This document shows positions 9,234-17,770 of a stretch of 45,301 bases of DNA, one piece after another. Both the position numbers and the translations under genes were made by a program. This DNA is from Candidatus Heimdallarchaeota archaeon. Lineage in GTDB: Archaea; Asgardarchaeota; Heimdallarchaeia; Heimdallarchaeales; Heimdallarchaeaceae. The stretch is taken from NCBI GenBank assembly GCA_016839945.1, contig JAEOTE010000092.1, positions 1 through 45,301 of the forward strand. The letters run 5' to 3'. The notes under the pieces are model-generated. The model ran no database searches. It was given only the letters and a program-made list of their open reading frames with translations, and was not told where the DNA came from. Every line of letters starts with the position of its first letter. Positions within the stretch are counted from its first letter, which is position 1.

Positions 9234-11020
9234 CATCTTCAGAGATTTCAGATTATTCTTCAATCAGATTAATGAGAATGGCAGGATTTTCATTTCTAGG
9301 ATTGGCTATAATATTTGTTGTTCTGGAAATAATCGTTGTTTTTTTTGGTGAATTATCTTATCTTTCCATTATAACTTCTTTACTACTAAGTCTCTCAGTT
9401 GTAATTCTAGTTTTGTCACTTAGAAAAGTTGCTCTGCAAACTCCCAGTATTAGGAGAAATGTCATTATTGCTAGTAGCTGGTTAATTGGTTATATCTTCC
9501 TAACTATTATTTCAGAAACATTCTTTGTCTTTCTTATATTACAAGTTGCAGCATTTGTAATTGGGCTTATTTCTATGTTAGTAAGAATTATCTCATTTAC
9601 TCAATTAAATAATACTTTCAAACGATTATCTAAAATCGGCTATAATCTTGATTCACAGATTTTCTTACTTTATGGATGGTTTGCTGTTCTTTCAACTGTT
9701 GCATTAATAGTTTCTGTATATACCTTAAATCTTACAGTGATTATTGCTGTAGTAATCACAACTGTTGTAGGAGAAATTTCTCTTTTATTTGCAGTAGGTT
9801 ACAAATTAATTCAAAACTCAAATGCGATTAAAGATATTTTTGAGGGTGTACAAAAACGATTTCTAGATGATAGACCAGAACTAGAGGATCATGAAAACAT
9901 CGTAGTAGAAGCAGTTAATTTAGAAAAACTCTTCCCTGTAATATCAGGCTTTTTTGAAAGCATTTTCTCAATCGAAAGAATTAAAAACACAGGAAGAGCA
10001 ACTGCAAAATATTTCTCTAGCATTTTCTCAAAAGAACGAACTAAAACGATAAAAGAACTAACTAGAGAATATTTCGGGAAAGTATTTGAAGAAAGAGAAA
10101 AACTCTTTGTTCATGCAGTAGATGATGTTTCTTTTAGGATTCATAAAAGAGAAACTTTTGGATTAGTTGGAGAGAGTGGTTGTGGAAAATCAACTACTGG
10201 ATTACTCTTACTATATCTCTTAGAGAGTACTGGAGGTAAAATCTTTTTCAAAGGACTAGATTCTTCAGAACTTTCTGTCAGAGAACTTAAGGAAGTTCGA
10301 CGGTATATACAAATAATTTTCCAAAACCCGTATGAATCATTAAGTCCCCGTTTCAGCATTTTAGATATTATCGCTGAACCTTTGAGATTACTTAACATAG
10401 AGACAGATGAAGCTAAAATAGAAGAAAAGGTTAAAGAAGAATTGGAAAGTGTAGGGTTAATTCCTGCGGAAGATTTTATTGATAGGTTCCCACATGAGTT
10501 AAGTGGGGGACAGAGACAAAGAGTTGGTGTTGCAAGAGCTTTCATACTTGATCCTGAATTCATAGTTGCAGACGAACCTGTATCTATGTTAGATGTATCT
10601 ATCAGAGTAGGTGTTTTGAAAATAATGCGACAGCTTACTCTTGATAGAGGTACTGCTTTTCTTTTTATTACTCACGACCTTGCACTAGCAAGAGTCATGT
10701 GTGATAGAATTGCAGTAATGTATCTTGGTAGGATTGTTGAACAAGGGCCAACAGAAGAGCTGATTCAAAAACCTATCCATCCATATGCTAAAGCTCTTAT
10801 TGCAGGAGTCCCCAAACCTGATCCTGATGCAAAAAGAACAGAAGAGTTACCTATTATTGGTGAAGTTCCAAGTGGGATTGATGTTCCAGCTGGTTGCAGA
10901 TTTAATCCACGATGTCCTTTTGCAATTGACAAATGCAAAATTTATGATCCAAAACTTGAGGAGGTCGAAGAAAACCATTTAGTTGCATGTCTTCGGTATA
11001 AAGAAATCAATGATATGTGA
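9230..11020 (+). CDS. dppF: peptide ABC transporter ATP-binding protein (DppF/OppF-like) fused to an N-terminal ~6-TM domain
   Basis: About 195 N-terminal residues with six hydrophobic helices, then GESGCGKS, LSGGQRQR, VADEP, ITHD, GCRFNPRC. ATGA overlap with the dppD stop. Confidence 0.9.
   Translation: MTSSEISDYSSIRLMRMAGFSFLGLAIIFVVLEIIVVFFGELSYLSIITSLLLSLSVVILVLSLRKVALQTPSIRRNVIIASSWLIGYIFLTIISETFFVFLILQVAAFVIGLISMLVRIISFTQLNNTFKRLSKIGYNLDSQIFLLYGWFAVLSTVALIVSVYTLNLTVIIAVVITTVVGEISLLFAVGYKLIQNSNAIKDIFEGVQKRFLDDRPELEDHENIVVEAVNLEKLFPVISGFFESIFSIERIKNTGRATAKYFSSIFSKERTKTIKELTREYFGKVFEEREKLFVHAVDDVSFRIHKRETFGLVGESGCGKSTTGLLLLYLLESTGGKIFFKGLDSSELSVRELKEVRRYIQIIFQNPYESLSPRFSILDIIAEPLRLLNIETDEAKIEEKVKEELESVGLIPAEDFIDRFPHELSGGQRQRVGVARAFILDPEFIVADEPVSMLDVSIRVGVLKIMRQLTLDRGTAFLFITHDLALARVMCDRIAVMYLGRIVEQGPTEELIQKPIHPYAKALIAGVPKPDPDAKRTEELPIIGEVPSGIDVPAGCRFNPRCPFAIDKCKIYDPKLEEVEENHLVACLRYKEINDM
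9950..10095 (+). repeat. degenerate 60-bp (20-aa) tandem repeat inside dppF, about 2.5 copies
   Basis: 9961-10020 vs 10021-10080 match at 40/60 nt by hand. Protein FFESIFSIERIKNTGRATAK / YFSSIFSKERTKTIKELTRE / YFGKVFEEREK. Confidence 0.7.
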
Positions 11021-11059
11021 TTTTTTTCATATTCTATTTCTTTATTTGGAGTTGATTTA

Positions 11060-13312
11060 ATGAGTGAAAATAAATTCAATGAAATCGAAAATCTCATGAT
11101 CACTGGAGAGTACAGGAAATCATTAGATTTAATTTCAAAAGTTCAAATAAATAAACAATTAAATGATGATGAAGTATTCCATCTTCTATCATGTAAATGT
11201 ACATCTTTGAACTGCTTAGGTGAATATGAAGAAACAATTAAAACCGCAAGTGGATATCATATCGAAGCTAAATCTAAACAAAAAGCTTTATGTGAAATTG
11301 ATGCATTATTATTTACAATATTTGCATATTACAGATTAAATAAAAACGAAGAAGCATTAAGAAATGTAGAAAGCGTTGAAAAACTTCTGGAAGGATGTTC
11401 TGAAGAAGGATTGAATCATCGAAAATCAAGATTGCTAGCTGATAAAGCACTTCTTTATTCTAGCAAAGGAGAAGTTAATCAAGCTCTCGAATTATCACAA
11501 GAAAATCTTCAGCTTTGTCAAAAGATGAAAGTGCCACATTTACTAGCAAGAGCTCAGTACATATGTGGCATCATATACAATGATATGGGAGAGAATGAAA
11601 CAGCAATAGATTTCTTTGAAAGAAGTTTGGAGATAAGAGAGAAGCTACAGAATCATTATGACTTAGCTCATTCACTATTCAGACTAGGATACACTTGGAG
11701 GACTCTAGGTGTGCTGGATACTGCTCAAGATTATTTCAATAAAAGCTTAAAACTGAGAGAAAAGATTGGCAACCAACAGGATATTTCTTGGACTCTTTTA
11801 AATATTGGAGATATTCATCTTGCTAGAAAGGATTTGAAAGAAGCTCAGCAGTATTATGATAGTTCTCTTTTGATAAATCAAACTAATAATTTTGATTATG
11901 GAACTGTTTTTTCTTTGATAAGATTGAGTATGATATATGAAGATATGGGGAATCCTCAATTGGTTATAGACACTCTAGAGAAAGCTCTTAATTATTCGCA
12001 GAATCTAGAAATTGTTGGTCCTGAGGTTTTTGTTCTATTTGATTTAATAAATTTCGTCACTGACATTAATACTGAAATTTCTAAAGAATCAAAATCGGAG
12101 ATTAAAGAAATCGATCAAGAAACAATAGAATATGTCAAAGAGAAATTTAACATGTTGAGTGATCATCTGAATAGATTTTCTTTCATTAATTATCTTCATA
12201 GAATAAAGCTGTTTAATCAAATGTATCGACTTGCTAGAGCTTTAGTTCTTAAATCCAACGAAACTGCAAGAGATAAGAAAAAAGCTCAGAGATTGTTGGA
12301 AGAGATTACTGATGAAGATATCATTTCTTATGATTACACAATAATTGCAATGTCAAATTACAGTGAATTACTTGCCGATGAATTAAAAAAACATCTTGGA
12401 GAAGAAGGACTAGTTACCGAGTTATCTGATCTTTCACACATGTTATCACCGGATTATTCGCAAAGAGCATATGCAATAGCAGCAGAAAGTTTTCTTCATC
12501 AGACAAAAACAGCTCTTGAAGAGATAGATATAGCGAAAGCAAGGGAATTGCTTAGGAGAGCTCAAAACCTGAATAATTTCTTAATTTTGTACAACAAAGG
12601 TCCTACACCTTTCAGAATACTATATATTCTCCATACTAAGGAAATGAATTTAAACGGATTGAGCAAAAAACTTGGTATAACAAAAGGTGCTTTAACTAGT
12701 CATTTGAAATTGTTAACTAGTTTAGACTTAGTAAAAATCTCTAAAGAAACACAAGTACGTTCAGCTACTATGTTGAAAAAATACTATTCCTTAGGAGAAA
12801 AAGGAATAGAATTAATCCAAAGATTTGATTTAGATATCTTAGAATCAATTTCTAAAGGTAAAGAGGAGAGTAAATCTATTCTTGATACTCAAATGACACC
12901 TAGATTGTTAACTAAGATGATAAGAGATGTAACTTATTTAATTGACAAAAGTCAAAATTTCGTTGAAGAACAGATTTTAACTCACTCATTTAACAGTTCA
13001 GATGAGATAGAAAAACGATCTAATGAATTAGAAGTAGCTAGTAAATGCATAAAAGATTCTGAAGAAATTAAAATTGATAATTTGTTTCTAACGGAAAAAC
13101 AATACAAGGCTTATATGATGCTGTGGAAAGAGTTCAGAGATAAAGTTCAAGATGAAATTCTTACTGTAAATATTGATTCTTCTGAATATCATTCAGTAGA
13201 AAAACCAAATTATATTGTTCATCTATCTCTACCAATAAGAGATTTAATAGATCTAGAAAGATTTTTAGAAGAGAAAAGAAGAAAAGAAGAGAAGGAGAAG
13301 AAGATTTCTTAG
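11060..13312 (+). CDS. TPR-repeat protein with C-terminal ArsR-like winged-helix DNA-binding domain, putative transcription regulator
   Basis: TPR units (AIDFFERSLEIREKL, AQDYFNKSLKLREKIG); wHTH FRILYILHTKEMNLNGLSKKLGITKGALTSHLKLL...KKYYSL. Confidence 0.8.
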   Translation: MSENKFNEIENLMITGEYRKSLDLISKVQINKQLNDDEVFHLLSCKCTSLNCLGEYEETIKTASGYHIEAKSKQKALCEIDALLFTIFAYYRLNKNEEALRNVESVEKLLEGCSEEGLNHRKSRLLADKALLYSSKGEVNQALELSQENLQLCQKMKVPHLLARAQYICGIIYNDMGENETAIDFFERSLEIREKLQNHYDLAHSLFRLGYTWRTLGVLDTAQDYFNKSLKLREKIGNQQDISWTLLNIGDIHLARKDLKEAQQYYDSSLLINQTNNFDYGTVFSLIRLSMIYEDMGNPQLVIDTLEKALNYSQNLEIVGPEVFVLFDLINFVTDINTEISKESKSEIKEIDQETIEYVKEKFNMLSDHLNRFSFINYLHRIKLFNQMYRLARALVLKSNETARDKKKAQRLLEEITDEDIISYDYTIIAMSNYSELLADELKKHLGEEGLVTELSDLSHMLSPDYSQRAYAIAAESFLHQTKTALEEIDIAKARELLRRAQNLNNFLILYNKGPTPFRILYILHTKEMNLNGLSKKLGITKGALTSHLKLLTSLDLVKISKETQVRSATMLKKYYSLGEKGIELIQRFDLDILESISKGKEESKSILDTQMTPRLLTKMIRDVTYLIDKSQNFVEEQILTHSFNSSDEIEKRSNELEVASKCIKDSEEIKIDNLFLTEKQYKAYMMLWKEFRDKVQDEILTVNIDSSEYHSVEKPNYIVHLSLPIRDLIDLERFLEEKRRKEEKEKKIS

Positions 13313-14427
13313 TTTTTATTCCGATTTCTTTTAATTAATCCTCTTTTTCTAAGCTTCAATGTCCTTCTTACCGCAAGAACTATTTCTAAGAAAATGAAAA
13401 TTCCAAACGAATATAAAATAAAAACCAAAACCACAATCCTGACAAAAGGAGAATATGATTGATCAAATCTAAGGTAAAGATGAATCAAACCTGTCCCAAG
13501 TTCATAGAATGGTTGAAAAATGTCATAGATTATATTATCTTTATACTTACCTAGTACTTCAACTCCGTATGAGTCTATAATGAACATAGTATTTTTAGCT
13601 CTAAGTTGTACCATTAAAGCTTCTTCTGAGAATTCTGTTACATTAAGAGCTGTCCATGCATTAACTTTCCCTCCATCAGATCTATCTGGTGAATGCATAT
13701 CTGTTCCTGTAATTAATCCTATTGTCTCATTATGTTCTAGATAAAAATCATAAGATACGTAATCAAATACTTGACCGTTCACTACTTCAAAAAAATCTAC
13801 TCCCCAAGACATCAGTTGATTTCTAGAGGGTGTTATGTCATTAAAAGAATTCTCACTATACAGCAAATGATTTGCTACAACAACTCCACCTTGAGAATGT
13901 GCTTCTTCAATTGTTTCTATTATTTCATCATCTGTTGGATTAATTGGTATTTTTAAGTTCCATTCCTTTATTCCTAGAAGATTCAAATGTACTCTTTTTG
14001 TAGTCCATTCCATCCCTTGAAGAATAATAATCTTATCTTTATACTCTTGTGCTAATTCAGCTATCTCAAATGAATTCTCAAGTGAGTTATGATCAGTAAT
14101 AGCAAAAGCATTGAATCCAAGAGCTAAATGCCATTCAATACTTTGTCTGATGGTTAATTTTCCATCACTGTATTTTGTATGGGAATGTTGATCAAACAAT
14201 ATATCATATGTGATATTGGTTACAGGAATAAAAGGATCTATGTCTTCCCAACTATCTTCATAGTATTTTCTTTCCGCTGGACCAAATTTTGCCATAATAA
14301 CACTAAAAGCCATAACAGACCCTATAACAATAAAATATATCAATAGATGCTTAATTATTGTTGGTACCTTCTGCGGAAATTTCATGAGTAATTTAAGAGA
14401 ACAATTTATAAAAGCGTTAAGTTTCAC
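13309..14427 (-). CDS. membrane-anchored PHP-domain metallohydrolase
   Basis: PHP motifs DQHSHTKYSDG, ITDHN, GMEWT, ANH, GTDMH; TM helices at both ends. Start may be the ATG at 14385. Confidence 0.85.
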   Translation of the reverse strand: MKLNAFINCSLKLLMKFPQKVPTIIKHLLIYFIVIGSVMAFSVIMAKFGPAERKYYEDSWEDIDPFIPVTNITYDILFDQHSHTKYSDGKLTIRQSIEWHLALGFNAFAITDHNSLENSFEIAELAQEYKDKIIILQGMEWTTKRVHLNLLGIKEWNLKIPINPTDDEIIETIEEAHSQGGVVVANHLLYSENSFNDITPSRNQLMSWGVDFFEVVNGQVFDYVSYDFYLEHNETIGLITGTDMHSPDRSDGGKVNAWTALNVTEFSEEALMVQLRAKNTMFIIDSYGVEVLGKYKDNIIYDIFQPFYELGTGLIHLYLRFDQSYSPFVRIVVLVFILYSFGIFIFLEIVLAVRRTLKLRKRGLIKRNRNKN

Positions 14428-14447
14428 TCATATTATTATTTTGTTAT

Positions 14448-14834
14448 TCACATAGTCAAAGCATTATTTTTGTGTTCTAACGCAATTTCCTCAAATTTAT
14501 ATGTGACTTCACTTAGAAAACTAACTTTCTCTGCAGAATCAGAATAAAATCTCTCGAGCGTTTTTTCAATTATTTTTCCTGTATTTTCAGTTTTATTATC
14601 TTCTATTAAAATAGTAATTTCATAAGGTTCGGAAACAAAATTTTCAATAGGTTCGAGAATCATTTCTGTTGTATTTTCTCTGCGTATTCTTTTTAATTTT
14701 TTAATGCGTTTTTCATATTGAATAAGGAGACTTTTAAAAGATGTAAAATTAGCATTATTTTCATAGAAATCTCTAGCTTCAGTTTCCAATTTTAATGCAA
14801 ATTTTAGGACTGCTCCTAATGTAGCTAAGTTCAT
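14448..14834 (-). CDS. ferritin-like (rubrerythrin-like) four-helix-bundle protein
   Basis: Twin FALKLETEARDFYE / IEKTLERFYS pattern; 17 bp downstream of mmsA on the same strand. Confidence 0.6.
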   Translation of the reverse strand: MNLATLGAVLKFALKLETEARDFYENNANFTSFKSLLIQYEKRIKKLKRIRRENTTEMILEPIENFVSEPYEITILIEDNKTENTGKIIEKTLERFYSDSAEKVSFLSEVTYKFEEIALEHKNNALTM

Positions 14835-14851
14835 TTTTTCACCTTATTTTT

Positions 14852-16309
14852 TTAGAACCATCTAGTAATAACTACTTTTTCTTCTGTAAAGAAATCCACA
14901 GCATTCTTCCCTTGTCCATGTAAATCTCCTTTGAAGCTATCTTTCATACCAGAAAATGGAAATGTAGAAATTGGTGCAGCAACACCAATGTTTATACCTA
15001 TGTTTCCAACATTTACTCTATATTGATATTCTCTAGCTATTTTTCCACTTGATGTGAAGATAGAGGATGCGTTTCCATATGGATTTTCGTGAATAATGTT
15101 AATAGCTTCATCTAGATTTTTAACATGAATAATTGGGATAACAGGACCGAAAATTTCATCTTGTGCTATAGTCATACTTGGTGTGACTTTATCAAATATT
15201 GTCGGTCCAATAAAGAAACCATTTAAGAATTTCTCATTTTTTCTTACATTTCTTCCATCAAGTATAATTTCGGCTCCTTCTTCAACTCCTGTTTGGATAT
15301 AACTTAGAACACTTTTCATTCCCGCTTCTGATGCAAGAGGACCCATTTGAATACTTTCATCTAATCCCTCACCAATAGTAATTTTCTTAGCAGCTTCTAA
15401 AAGAGATTCTCTGAGTGTTTCATATATATCCCCTACAGCTAGAAGTACTCCTCCTGCAAGACACCTTTGACCTGCATTTCCATAAAAGGAAGTTATTAAA
15501 TTTGGAATTGTTCTTTCAAGATTAGCATCAGGCATCACTGTAATAAAATTCTTTGCTCCTCCTTGGACTTGAACTCTTTTCCCAAATTCACCACATTTTT
15601 TATAGAGAAGTTTTCCAACTTTTGTTGAACCTACAAAAGATAATCCAACTGTATCAGGACTCTCAATAAGTGTATTAACAGCTTCTGCTCCACCATGAAC
15701 TAAATTGATAACTCCTTTAGGAATACCAATTTCATCAAATATTTCAAATTGTTTAACCATACTTAAAGGACATTGATCTGAAGGTTTCAGAATATAAGTA
15801 TTCCCTGTTGCAATAGCATAAGGCCAGAACCAAGAAGGAACCATTGCAGGGAAATTAAAAGGTGCTACACAAAAGAAGATACCCAATGGTTGTTTTATTA
15901 CCATTTCATCTATACCTGCAGCTACATCTTCAATATTATATCCCATCTGAAGCGTAGGTATTGTTGTTGCAGTTTCAATATTTTCGATTGTTCTTCTATA
16001 CTCTCCTCTGGATTCATCTATCGTTTTTCCATGTTCTATTGTTAACACTTCTGATAATTCATCAAAGTTTTCTTCTAGAGCTTCTCGAAAATCATATAGA
16101 TACCTAATCCTGGATTGAGCTGGAGTAGTTCTCCATCTCCAGAATGAAGTTTTTGCTGCTTCAATTGCTTGCAATGTTTCTTCTTTTGTACTTATAGGTG
16201 ATTTAGCAATAATTTCTCCAGTTGCTGGATTAATAACATCTCTAGTTTTGTCTGTTACAGATTCAATCCATTTTCCATTAATGTAATTCTTTAAAACTTC
16301 TCCATTCAT
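14852..16309 (-). CDS. mmsA: CoA-acylating (methyl)malonate-semialdehyde dehydrogenase
   Basis: APFNFPAMVP, LKPSDQ, SFVGSTKVG, RVQVQGGAKNF (no ELGG glutamate, typical of CoA-acylating ALDH), GQRCLA, EIFGPV, FFTEEKVVITRW. Confidence 0.92.
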   Translation of the reverse strand: MNGEVLKNYINGKWIESVTDKTRDVINPATGEIIAKSPISTKEETLQAIEAAKTSFWRWRTTPAQSRIRYLYDFREALEENFDELSEVLTIEHGKTIDESRGEYRRTIENIETATTIPTLQMGYNIEDVAAGIDEMVIKQPLGIFFCVAPFNFPAMVPSWFWPYAIATGNTYILKPSDQCPLSMVKQFEIFDEIGIPKGVINLVHGGAEAVNTLIESPDTVGLSFVGSTKVGKLLYKKCGEFGKRVQVQGGAKNFITVMPDANLERTIPNLITSFYGNAGQRCLAGGVLLAVGDIYETLRESLLEAAKKITIGEGLDESIQMGPLASEAGMKSVLSYIQTGVEEGAEIILDGRNVRKNEKFLNGFFIGPTIFDKVTPSMTIAQDEIFGPVIPIIHVKNLDEAINIIHENPYGNASSIFTSSGKIAREYQYRVNVGNIGINIGVAAPISTFPFSGMKDSFKGDLHGQGKNAVDFFTEEKVVITRWF

Positions 16310-16457
16310 ATTACCACTTTGTACTAATTATTCCAATTTGAGGTTAATGTGTTAAAAGATTATTCAAGACTTATAAGTTTTTTATAAAATCAAAAAAAAA
16401 CACTTCTAGAATACCTTTTTAAGGAGAAATCTGTTATTTTTCAAAATAGTCTTTGAT

Positions 16458-17759
16458 GTGATTTATTTGAATTCCAAAGAAGTAATAAAAAAAGATAAAG
16501 AATTCTATATTCAAGGGTATGCAAGAGTACCTGTTGTTTTTACAGAAGGTAAAGGTGCTATGTTAAAAGATATTGATGGAAAAGAATACATTGATTGTTT
16601 TGCTGGAATCGCGGTTACTAATGTAGGTCATGCTCATGAAAGATTAGTTAAAGTTGCCAAAGAACAAATGTCAAAATTGATTCATACATCAGGTCGGTTC
16701 TTTAATGTTCCACAGACACTTCTAGTAGAGAAACTAGCAAAAATAACTCCTGGTGATTTAAAATACACATATTTATGCAATAGTGGAACAGAAGCAGTAG
16801 AAAATGCAGTTAAGTTGGTTAAGAAATATGCTTATTCACAAGGAAAAACAGGAGCAGCTTTAATAGCTTTAGAATGTTCTTTTCATGGAAGACTAGGGTA
16901 TTCTCTAACATTAACAGGACAAGCAAAATACAAGAAAGGTTTTGGAACTTATGCTAATGCTCCAGGAGTTGTTCATGCTCCAGCACCATATACTTACAGA
17001 TCTAAGTTATCAGAAGAAGAATGTGGTATAGATGCTGCATTAGCTATAGAAACAACAATAGATAGGCAAACAACGGGAGATGTAGCAGCTTTCATAATGG
17101 AACCAATATTGGGAGAAGGAGGAATTATAATCCCACCTGATTCTTATTTTAAAACTCTTGTAAGCATTTTAAAAGAGAGAGATGTTCCATTCATATTGGA
17201 TGAAGTACAGACTGGATTTGGTCGCACAGGCAAGTTGTTTGCTAGTGAGTATTGGGATCTTAAACCTGACCTTATGACATTAGCAAAAGGACTTGGAGGA
17301 GGAATGCCTATTGGCGCTGCAATTGCTACTAGTAGGATAGCTGATTGCGTAGAATCAGGAGATTTCTTCTCTACTTATGGAGGAAATCCAGTTTGTAGTG
17401 CAGTAGCTTTAGAAAATATATCTATCCTATCTGATGAGCAATTAATTAACAATTCAGCTAAAATGGGTAAAATCTTTCTAGAAGAATTGACTGAAATGAA
17501 AGAGAAGAAACCAATCATTGGTGAAGTAAGAGGAAAGGGTTTGATGATAGGAATAGAATTAGTCAAAGATCAACAATCAAAAACACCTGCTTCAGCTGAA
17601 GCAAAAAAGATTGTAACATTTCTCAAAAACGAAGGGATCATAATTGGTTTAGGTGGTATATTTGGAAATGTTCTACGATTACAACCTCCCCTATGTATAG
17701 ATGAGGATCAAGTGGTTAAAGTATTAGAAAAAATTAAAAAAGGAATCAACTTGCTTTGA
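16458..17759 (+). CDS. class III PLP-dependent omega-amino-acid aminotransferase (GabT/AGXT2/ArgD-like)
   Basis: NSGTEAVE, SFHGR, EPILGEGG, DEVQTGFGRTG, LAKGLGGG, STYGGNP. Confidence 0.92.
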   Translation: MIYLNSKEVIKKDKEFYIQGYARVPVVFTEGKGAMLKDIDGKEYIDCFAGIAVTNVGHAHERLVKVAKEQMSKLIHTSGRFFNVPQTLLVEKLAKITPGDLKYTYLCNSGTEAVENAVKLVKKYAYSQGKTGAALIALECSFHGRLGYSLTLTGQAKYKKGFGTYANAPGVVHAPAPYTYRSKLSEEECGIDAALAIETTIDRQTTGDVAAFIMEPILGEGGIIIPPDSYFKTLVSILKERDVPFILDEVQTGFGRTGKLFASEYWDLKPDLMTLAKGLGGGMPIGAAIATSRIADCVESGDFFSTYGGNPVCSAVALENISILSDEQLINNSAKMGKIFLEELTEMKEKKPIIGEVRGKGLMIGIELVKDQQSKTPASAEAKKIVTFLKNEGIIIGLGGIFGNVLRLQPPLCIDEDQVVKVLEKIKKGINLL

Positions 17760-17770
17760 ATAACATCCTA

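Noticed and set aside
4417-10982. Short alternative-frame or antisense ORFs in the dpp operon (4417, 5942, 6737, 7480, 9061, 10141, 10785)
   Set aside because: They lie largely or wholly within well-supported genes and have no motifs; none resembles a signalling pro-peptide.
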